A stretch of DNA of 64,000 nucleotides, taken from Candidatus Woesebacteria bacterium (GTDB lineage Bacteria > Patescibacteriota > Microgenomatia > UBA8517). The stretch covers positions 9,312-73,311 of the forward strand of contig CAWASW010000001.1 of NCBI GenBank assembly GCA_963784785.1. Reading direction: 5' to 3'. Below the pieces are notes generated by a model. That model worked only from the letters and a program-made list of their open reading frames with translations, did not search any database and was not told where the DNA came from. Of this stretch, positions 19,441-27,392 are shown piece by piece; within the stretch, counting starts at the first letter, position 1; the number at the start of each line of letters is the position of its first letter. A program made the position numbers and the translations under genes.

Positions 19441-20937
19441 ATGTGGATAATATTTGCCTTAGAAAATTTATATTTTGCTTTAAATATCTTTGCTTCTCTT
19501 ACTTTTTTTTCAGTAGCTTGGCTTTACTTTGATGCGTGGAAGGCCTTGAGATCAAACAGAGAAATTTGGAAGATTGTAGCCTTTATTATTTTAGGAATAT
19601 CTTTTTTGTTTCGAGGAATGGACATGAGAGGTGTTGAAATTTTTCAAAGCTTAGATATTTACTTGAGAGCTTTAGGCTATATGCTGTTAGTTGTAGGTTT
19701 AGTTATAGATCCACTCCAACCTCGTCCTGAGGACGATCGGCCTTTGGCTGATAAAAATATGGCATTTGTTTTGATCGCTTTTCCTCCACTTTTTTTCTTG
19801 TCACCAGTATTAGCTGCAATAGTTGCAGTTCTGTATTTAAGACGGGCTAGTATTGGGCTTGAACGTCATATTTACCCACCTGCAATCTCTTTCTTTTCTC
19901 TATCTATTTATGAATTAACTTTTAGCTTAAATAGTTTTAGAGTTACTGATAATTTAAATTTATTTAATATTTTGGCTCCATTTGGGCCTATGTGGTTGGC
20001 CAATTTAGCATTTTTATTTTTAGCAATTTTATTTTTAGGAAGATGGGTTTTTAGATATTTACTAAAACAATTTCAGTCTCAACTTTTTATGGTTATGATG
20101 AGTTTGGTTTTGTCAGTTTATTTAATAGTTACAGTTAGTTTTACTGGTCTTCTTCTAAACAATTTAAAGACTCAGATACTACAAGAACTTACATCAGAAG
20201 CTAAAGTTTTGGAATTTGCATTTAATGCAAAAAAGAGTGAACTACTGTCACTAGCACAACTTCTTGCAAGGTCGGACCCTGCAGGTTTGGCAGGGTCCGA
20301 CCTTAACACGAGCTCTCACGATTCTTTAGTTGTTTTTGACAAAGATGGCCTTGTCACATATCGTGCTGAAGACACCGAGAGGAAAGGGGATTCGATTTCG
20401 GGGGATAATTTAGTCAAGCAAGTTTTGTCTGGCAAGGAAAATTCAAACATAGTAGTTAAAGAAGGAGTAACGGCTCCAACAGTAATGATAGTTTCAGGTG
20501 CTCCAATAATGGCAAACGGAGTAGTCAGTGGTGGCGTTATCGTCGGTGATTTGATTGATAACTCATATCTTGAGGGTTTTAGTAAGCTAACAGGACTTAA
20601 ATCTGCAGTCTATGGAAATAATATATTAAGTGCAGGTGGAACCGTTGGAATTACTGAAACTGATTCTAAGATAAAAGAGACGGTTTTAACAAAAGGTGAA
20701 ACCGTAGCTCTTGAAAATAGATGGTTAAATTATGCTTTCTTGTCTGTTTATTCGCCACTTAAAGACGTTGACGGAAACCCTGTAGGAATGTACTTTGTAG
20801 GTCGCCCTCAAGTAGAAGTTTTAAATCTTGCTAGTAAAACTTTGGAGTCGGTTTTCTTGGGTACAATCTTCTTGTTGTTATTATCGATGATACCTGCAAA
20901 GCTTATAGCAAATAGTATTACAAAACAAATTAAATGA
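19441..20937 (+). CDS. Multi-TM protein with extracytoplasmic Cache domain and no output domain
   Basis: About 7 N-terminal TM; Cache motifs APIM.NG...GGVIVG and SVYSPLKDVDGNPVGMYFVG; ends just after the last TM. Confidence 0.75.
   Translation: MWIIFALENLYFALNIFASLTFFSVAWLYFDAWKALRSNREIWKIVAFIILGISFLFRGMDMRGVEIFQSLDIYLRALGYMLLVVGLVIDPLQPRPEDDRPLADKNMAFVLIAFPPLFFLSPVLAAIVAVLYLRRASIGLERHIYPPAISFFSLSIYELTFSLNSFRVTDNLNLFNILAPFGPMWLANLAFLFLAILFLGRWVFRYLLKQFQSQLFMVMMSLVLSVYLIVTVSFTGLLLNNLKTQILQELTSEAKVLEFAFNAKKSELLSLAQLLARSDPAGLAGSDLNTSSHDSLVVFDKDGLVTYRAEDTERKGDSISGDNLVKQVLSGKENSNIVVKEGVTAPTVMIVSGAPIMANGVVSGGVIVGDLIDNSYLEGFSKLTGLKSAVYGNNILSAGGTVGITETDSKIKETVLTKGETVALENRWLNYAFLSVYSPLKDVDGNPVGMYFVGRPQVEVLNLASKTLESVFLGTIFLLLLSMIPAKLIANSITKQIK
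20268..20304. repeat. Perfect 15-bp inverted repeat inside coding sequence
   Basis: AAGGTCGGACCCTGC-AGGTTTG-GCAGGGTCCGACCTT. Confidence 0.85.
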
Positions 20938-21539
20938 CGGACAAAATTATATTTAGTATAGGGATTTTTATTAGTTTGGTAATTGTGTGTACAAGTGGGT
21001 TTTTGTTTTATAAAACCCAAACAGTTAAAATTGCAAGTGACGAGTTACGAGTTACGAGTATTCAAACCCCTGAACCGACGATGAAAGATACCGTTGCATA
21101 AACGGTCACTTGTTTAGCCTTAAATGATTTGTTGTTTTTCGTTAAAATAATAACACTTTCGTCCGATTACTCGGACAATGCTGAAATTGGTTGTAGAAGC
21201 GTTTACTTAGTGAAACTACCTTTTTAGGCCGAAAGTATAGTAAAATCAGTGTGTTTTAGGAGACCGAAATGTAACGGTCTCACGATGAAACCACAGCCAC
21301 AGATAGATTACAAAAACATTGAAATAGAAGTATTAAATGGGTCGGGAATAAGTGGGCAGGCAAAAATATTTGCTAATAAATTAGAAAAACTTGGCTACAC
21401 AAAAGTTTCAACTGGTAATTATAAAGAAATAGTTGATCGTGGTTTATTGCTTGCTCCAACTGACTTCGGTAAAGAAATTAACATGGTTGATTACATCTAT
21501 CAAAAAGATGAAAAGACAAAAATAATAATTTCAAAATGA
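20934..21539 (+). pseudogene. LytR C-terminal-domain membrane protein interrupted by a MITE
   Basis: MTDKIIFSIGIFISLVIVC..PEPTMK | MITE | PQPQIDY..IEVLNGSGISGQAK..L...GY..GN. Confidence 0.85.
21087..21281. mobile_element. 195-bp MITE, copy 2 (opposite orientation)
   Basis: Reverse complement of 17748-17942; 9-bp TSD ACGATGAAA (21078-21086, 21282-21290). Confidence 0.95.
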
Positions 21540-21935
21540 AAAACTTTTCTTTATCTAACAAAGTTGTTAGTATGTGCTAAGTTTAGTTTGGTATTTACAT
21601 TTGACGAATCAGTTGCTAAATTATAATTATGTCAACCAAAGTTCTAATTACAGAAGATGATCCTTTGATGAGTAGAATGTATCAAAAGATTTTTACTTTT
21701 GAGGGTTATGAAGTAATTATGGCAGGGAACGGTGAAGAAGGCCTTGAAAAAGCTAAGCTCGAAAAACCTACAATAATTCTTCTTGATGTCATGATGCCAA
21801 AAATGAATGGGTTACAGATGCTTGAGAAACTCAAGCTTGATCCAGATACCAAAAAAATTCCTGTAATTATGCTTACTAATTTGGCTGGCGAAAAAGATGC
21901 AGAAAATGCAATGAGTAAAGGTGCAGTAAAATATA

Positions 21936-23066
21936 GGCTTAATGGAACTAATGTGTTGTTTTTCTAATCCTGTTTTGTTTTATTATCGGCCTTCATTTTT
22001 TCAAAGTTGTAATAATATACAAACCATTTAAGGTAACTTTCCCAACGAGTCTTTTTAAGGCCTTTATGTCTTAACCATCTTTGTCCTATATGCCCAAATG
22101 TAGCTTCAATTTCATTTGTTGTTTTTGGCATAGTTGGGTGGTCTAAAAACTTGAATGAGGTTTTTGGAAGTTTAATTAGGATCCTGACAGCTTTTCTCAC
22201 ACCTTTATGAATATACCAACTGTGGCCAGAATCATCTGTCCTCATCTCTTTCAGAAAGAAGAAATTAGCCTTAACCCAATCTTTTAAGATTGTTTCCCAG
22301 TATTTCAAAGCTTCATGACTTTCTATGAACCAAATGTGGTTTGCAATTTTTATTAATTCTTCAATTCTTCTATCTTTTGAGTGTCTACCAAGTGCATTTA
22401 CAATATCTCTATGCATATGAGCAAGACATATCTGATGTGGAGAGTGGGGGATACACTTCATCAACCGCAGAACAAATGGCAGTTCCTCCATCTGTTACAG
22501 AGCCTGAAAATGTGTATTTTAATTCCTCCTTTATGAACCTCAAATCCTTAACTATTTTTGTTGAAGCCTCTCTACCAGCAATAGATACATGCAAAAGGTA
22601 CAAAGTTCCACTTTGTCTATACAGCATCAAGACAAACCATCTTCCAAACCAAAGCCCATCAATCAAAAGATATGCAGTATCAATTCTTCCAGACAAAGTT
22701 TGATCAAATCTAGGAAGTTTTGGAGGATCAAGAAGCAATAACTTATGAAATTCACCCTCCAAATATCTTACAGACAAACCTGAGACAGAAGACAGCATTT
22801 CATATGTCAAACCCCACAAAATATACTGTCTGAAAAGATCAACTACTTTAAAATCTTTCTTTTTATTGTGGTAAATTCTTGAAGTTTTACAAACTTTACA
22901 AAACCATCTTTTCTTTCCAGTTCCAGTCTTTCCCCACAGAAACATTTTACTATTACAGGATATGCACAAAAGTGTTCTTTGACCCATTGAATACTATTCA
23001 AACTCAAAATGAGGCGTATTATCAACTATATCTTTCTGTTATATCAACACACTATGCTATTAAGCC
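21936..23066 (-). mobile_element. 1131-bp IS (IS256/MULE-like), copy 1
   Basis: Ends GGCTTAAT..TGTGTTG; 8-bp TSD AAAATATA; appears identical to 49110-50240. Confidence 0.95.
21964..22987 (-). CDS. DDE transposase (Zn ribbon plus MULE-like core), split by a +1 frameshift
   Basis: CISC/CKVC, LLIDG, VTDG, QICLAH, TTNEIE; frame break at the C5 run (G5 at 22446-22450). Confidence 0.85.
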
Positions 23067-23178
23067 AAAATATATTGTAAAGTCTGAATTTGAGCCAAAA
23101 CAAATTGTAGATATGGTTAAAGAAATCTTAGCAGGTTACACAAGAGACTCAATTCCTGAAACAAAGTAATATTTTAAC

Positions 23179-23204
23179 ATCGTACGTACTCCATCAAAAT
23201 ATCA
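23179..23204 (-). repeat. Copy 3 of the PaaX-associated motif
   Basis: Reverse complement TGATATTTTGATGGAGTACGTACGAT is 25/26 identical to 8286-8311; overlaps the TGA of 23194..23805. Confidence 0.88.
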
Positions 23205-23805
23205 CATTAAAATAGTCATAGGTTAGTCCTGTTCTACCAGTCCAGTTGGTAGCAAAATCTGAAGCTCCTTTTGAATACCTATAAGCACCAGTCGATAATT
23301 CTTTTTGTATAAACCAGGCGCCGTCTTTATTCACGAATCCGTAATAAACATCAATACCTGAATCGTCAATTTCAGTAATATTGTAGCCGTCTGTAGGTTT
23401 CTTTTCCGATGGGTCTATGAGGACACCTGTGCTATTTTTAACTGATATAGATCCAGGACCGGGCATGCTACCAAAAAAAGAAGCTTCAGCTTTTCTGGTA
23501 AATACTGTCATCAAGAATAACGAACCTCCAGCAGCACCAATTAGTTTTAAAAATTTACGTCGTTCAGGATCGTAGTCCGTATTTTCAATTTTCTTGATAT
23601 TATCAGGAATTATGTCCAACACTGGCTCAAAACTCAAAGTTTTTGCTTTTCTTGGAATTATTAATGTTGCAAAATAAAAGGCAAGAGGAGTAAATATTAT
23701 CGCAGTGATCAACTCTGGTACGCTGGAAGCAGATAAAATTCCTGTTACCGCCATAAAAGAGGTAACTACAAATGCATAAAAGGTAATTATTTTTCGTATA
23801 ATCAT
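23194..23805 (-). CDS. Membrane protein with two N-terminal TMs and an internal twin-arginine signal
   Basis: TM1, TM2, about 30-aa loop, ERRKFLK, h-region LIGAAGGSLFLMTVF, AEA site, then about 95-aa aromatic-rich domain. Confidence 0.8.
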   Translation of the reverse strand: MIIRKIITFYAFVVTSFMAVTGILSASSVPELITAIIFTPLAFYFATLIIPRKAKTLSFEPVLDIIPDNIKKIENTDYDPERRKFLKLIGAAGGSLFLMTVFTRKAEASFFGSMPGPGSISVKNSTGVLIDPSEKKPTDGYNITEIDDSGIDVYYGFVNKDGAWFIQKELSTGAYRYSKGASDFATNWTGRTGLTYDYFNVIF

Positions 23806-24005
23806 AATATTTTGTTTAACGAAACCAAAGACAATATTAGTATCACACTTGCAAAATAAAATAGTAATTTTTTATTTTTTGCAAGATTGAATTCGTTTGA
23901 ATTTGTTAGAAGAGTTGCAACCAAATACGCTGTTATCGGCAAAAAAAGATATGAATTTATTGAAATAAACGCTGAAACTAATATCAAAAATAATAAATAA
24001 ATCAT
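23802..24005 (-). CDS. Small membrane protein
   Basis: 67 aa, hydrophobic; ATGA overlaps on both sides. Confidence 0.65.
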   Translation of the reverse strand: MIYLLFLILVSAFISINSYLFLPITAYLVATLLTNSNEFNLAKNKKLLFYFASVILILSLVSLNKIL

Positions 24006-24271
24006 GGTAATGGTGTAGCTAATAATAACCCATTTGATTCAATAGATTCTCTTAACGCTCTAATTTCAGCCCGTATAAGTAATAGTTCAGGCTGAGAATT
24101 TGGTAAAGCTGTGGAAGTTGCACCAGGCATTGGTGTTTTGACTAATTGAGTAATAATGGTAGTTGGCTTTTCGGTAGTTTTACTTACTTTAGAAATTATA
24201 ATAATGGAGAATGCCATATTTAAAATACATAAAAAGAAAATAATAACTAAAACTCTAGAGTACTTTTCCAT
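24002..24271 (-). CDS. Small single-TM protein with C-terminal coiled coil
   Basis: N-terminal TM, Thr/Pro linker, LIRAEIRALRESIE. Confidence 0.7.
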   Translation of the reverse strand: MEKYSRVLVIIFFLCILNMAFSIIIISKVSKTTEKPTTIITQLVKTPMPGATSTALPNSQPELLLIRAEIRALRESIESNGLLLATPLP

Positions 24272-24323
24272 AATATAAATATTACCACTTTACAAAGAGA
24301 TTAAAATTATGTAAATTACCAAT

Positions 24324-24668
24324 ATGGTCAAAGGAAAGGCAGCTAAAAAAATTAACAAAACAGTAAAGGTGTCTAACATTTTAGAGGCATTTAATGTAGA
24401 GATGATTAATGATCAAATAGTTGAATTAAGAGCAGATATGTCTCGATGTGTAAATGAGTCTATTTCCGTTTCCATATTATCTTTGTTGTTATTTATTGGT
24501 TCGCCTTCAGTTTTTCCTGAAATAATTAACCCTTATCTGCCATCTTCTTTAAAGATAATGCAGGCATTTGTTGCAATTCCTGTAATATTTTGGGTAATAA
24601 CAAGTTTGGGCAATATGGTTCGTTATTTTAAGATACTAAAACTTAAAGATTCCGCTTCCTTACGTTAA
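24324..24668 (+). CDS. Hypothetical 2-TM protein
   Basis: 114 aa with two hydrophobic segments. Confidence 0.65.
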   Translation: MVKGKAAKKINKTVKVSNILEAFNVEMINDQIVELRADMSRCVNESISVSILSLLLFIGSPSVFPEIINPYLPSSLKIMQAFVAIPVIFWVITSLGNMVRYFKILKLKDSASLR

Positions 24669-24733
24669 TTCAAAGTTGTTTAGTCCTAAAAAGATAGTAT
24701 GATTAATACATGCTCTCTATTAGAACAAAAGTA

Positions 24734-25904
24734 GATACCGTTCATAAACGGTCACTTGATAAGCTTCAGAACGTCTTCAATTTTGTAATTGTCTTTTAAA
24801 GTTTGTTGTAACGATGATTTTCCATTTAGTTTTTTAAATTGTTTGGTGCAGTCTGTAAATGGTTTTAATCGCCTTTTTAAAAAATAAGCATTGAGCCAGA
24901 GTTTCGCTGTTTTGTAGTTTTGAAAACCTTTGATTGTTTTAAGCCTGCCTTGAAGATGTGAGTTGAAACTTTCGATTAAGTTGTTTGTTCTTGGAATGTG
25001 AGGCATCTTTGTATATGCAAAAAGATCAGCTGATCTTTTTGCAATATCAAGCATAACTTTTTTGCATAAATCATCTTTGGTTGCATATTTGTTGTATATT
25101 TTTGAAGCTCTACTTTTAAAATCTTCAGTTGATATTTTGTTTGAAAATAATGTTTCAATTTCATTCATAAAAGGTCTGTAAGTTGGGTCATTGTTTAAAT
25201 TTAAAGTTGTTCTTAAATTGTGTTTGTAGTGGTTTTGGCACAGTTGCCAGACTGCAGTGGGATAAACACTTAAACACGCCTGTGGCGTGTTCTGGTTGTC
25301 ATCTGAAATAATTGCTTGAAGTGGATAATTTGCAAGCTTTAGTGAAGAGAAAAACTTAAGAAGTAAGCTGTAATTTTCTGAAGGTCCAAAGACAAAATGG
25401 ACTATATCATGTGTAAGGTAATCAATGCCATAAATAACAGGGATTTTTCTGTCATAGCCTTTGACTTTGACATATTTGCCATCAACTAAAAGTATCCCAC
25501 AAAACCTGTTGCAATAATTTCTTGTGATATCAATACAAAGTGGCAATCTTTCTAAAACTTCAAAGTAAGCTTCATATGATTTTCCAACTGATATTTTTAA
25601 ATCATCTGCAATTGTTCTAAAAGATAAACCTGACATGTGAGATAACAACAACTTTGAAGAATTTAACTTCTTAGCTCTATTTATTTGAAAATAGCAACCA
25701 CAATCTTTGCAAAAATACTTTAATTTCCCACGTCTAACACCTTTTTTAATTACATCTTTTGAAGAACATCTAGGACAACTATAAACTCTTTTTTCATGCC
25801 TGAATGATACCAGAATTAAGAAAGCTTCACATAGTCAAAACACCAACTTGGATGGAATTATAGGGATTAACTACCAAAATAAGTGACCAAAAATGAACGG
25901 TCTC
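24734..25904 (-). mobile_element. 1171-bp IS (IS256/MULE-like); TIRs related to the MITE
   Basis: TIRs GATACCGTTCATAAACGGTCACTT / rc GAGACCGTTCATTTTTGGTCACTT; 9-bp TSD ACAAAAGTA (24725-24733, 25905-25913). Confidence 0.95.
24752..25797 (-). CDS. DDE transposase; N-terminal Zn ribbon in frame upstream of the called start, ATG 25797 is offset by -1
   Basis: CPRC..CKDC, LLVDGKY, ISDD, WQLCQNH, RTNNLIESFN; ATG AAA AAA G needs one more A. Confidence 0.85.
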
Positions 25905-27392
25905 ACAAAAGTAATATTAATTTTAGCTATTGGTACACTTTTTATATTAATTTCTTCAATTGTTTTTACCTCAAAGTTGATTGGTCAGAAATTAGATGAA
26001 CTAGAAGTCCGTAGTGCTGTAATAGACTTACAGAGGATAGATGGAGCTATAGCTTCCGAAAAAAGTAATTTATTGGATAAAATATCTGATTGGGCTTCTT
26101 GGGATGATACATATCAGTTTGTAAAAGATAATAATACTGCTTATATAAAATCAAATTTACAGCAGACTACCTTTGATAGTTTAAGACTTAGCTTTATGAT
26201 CTTCTTGGACGTCAATGGTAATACAGTGCATGAAGTAAAAGCCCCCGTTGGTATTAATAAATATTTAGTAAAAGATGAATTTTTGTTGAAATTTGATAGT
26301 TTAAAGTCAAATAAGTCAGGCATGATAATGCTTCCTGATGGTATGTATTTGGTTGCTTCTAAACAAATACTTAATAGTGCTTCTGAAGGTCCGGCAAGAG
26401 GAACATTAATTTTTGGTAGGTACTTCGGTAAGCAAGAAATAGATAAAATAGCAATTTCAACTAAACATGATGAAATTAGATTGCTTTCGATGGGTTCTCA
26501 AAAAATGAATGACACAGAAATAACTAACACTAATGAAAATATCTTATCTGCTAAAAATGTTGTAAAAGACATTTTTGGTAAAAATATTGCATATTATGTT
26601 GTAGACATAGAACGTGGAATTCATCTACAGGGAATTCAGAGTACTCAATATACGATTGGGTTTTTGATAGGTATTAGCATTATTTTCTTTGTAATGGTTT
26701 TATTTTTCTTAGCATCTCTCGTTTTGTCTCCACTTAAAAAAATATCATCAGATGCAAATAACATAACTCAGTCTAAAAACTTTATGCTTCGAGTGAAACA
26801 TGAATCTAAAGATGAAATTGGGCTACTTTCAAGAAATATAAACGAAATGCTTGACTCACTCCAGTTGGCAAAAGATGCCGTCTATTCAGAGACCGAAAAA
26901 ATTAAGACATTTTTCGATGTCGTTTCGGGAATAGTAGTGGTTATTAACAAAGATGGTGTTGTCGTTTCTGTTAATCAAAAAGGCGCAGAATTTTTAGAAT
27001 ATGAAACAAATGAGATCGTTGGTAGGAATTGGTTTGACGTCTTTATCCCAGAGGAAGATAAAGAAAAAATGAAGCAAACATTTGTCGACATGGTTACTAA
27101 TATCAGCGCAGACAAAAATAAATATTTTGAAAATCTAGTTGTTACAAAGTCCGGTAAAAAATATTTAATGGGATGGCACAATAGTTTGTTGCTAGACAGA
27201 AATAGGAATATCCTAGCATCTGTCAGTCACGGAGAAGATATTACGGACAAAAGGAAGATAGAAGATGATGAAAAATCACAAAAAGAAGAGCTGGAAAAAT
27301 TAAACCAACTAATGATGGGTAGAGAGATTAAAATGATTGAACTTAAAAAGGAAATTGAAAAATTGAAACAGAAAGATGAAAATACGCAATAG
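25893..27392 (+). CDS. CHASE4-HAMP-PAS sensor protein without kinase; original start 24710 displaced by the IS
   Basis: DWASWDDTYQFV (CHASE4), DEIGLLSRNINEML (HAMP), EIVGRNWFD (PAS); pre-insertion N-terminus MLSIRTKVILIL. Confidence 0.88.
   Translation: MNGLTKVILILAIGTLFILISSIVFTSKLIGQKLDELEVRSAVIDLQRIDGAIASEKSNLLDKISDWASWDDTYQFVKDNNTAYIKSNLQQTTFDSLRLSFMIFLDVNGNTVHEVKAPVGINKYLVKDEFLLKFDSLKSNKSGMIMLPDGMYLVASKQILNSASEGPARGTLIFGRYFGKQEIDKIAISTKHDEIRLLSMGSQKMNDTEITNTNENILSAKNVVKDIFGKNIAYYVVDIERGIHLQGIQSTQYTIGFLIGISIIFFVMVLFFLASLVLSPLKKISSDANNITQSKNFMLRVKHESKDEIGLLSRNINEMLDSLQLAKDAVYSETEKIKTFFDVVSGIVVVINKDGVVVSVNQKGAEFLEYETNEIVGRNWFDVFIPEEDKEKMKQTFVDMVTNISADKNKYFENLVVTKSGKKYLMGWHNSLLLDRNRNILASVSHGEDITDKRKIEDDEKSQKEELEKLNQLMMGREIKMIELKKEIEKLKQKDENTQ

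Larger units (their letters stand above)
21629..23169 (+). pseudogene. Single-domain response regulator (REC) interrupted by an IS
   Basis: VLITEDD, LLDVMMPKMNG, PVIMLT; IS removal restores GAVKYIVKSEFEPKQIVDMVKEIL. Confidence 0.92.

Noticed and set aside
22879-23169. 96-aa ORF as an independent gene
   Set aside because: Chimera of IS antisense sequence and the severed 3' end of the response regulator
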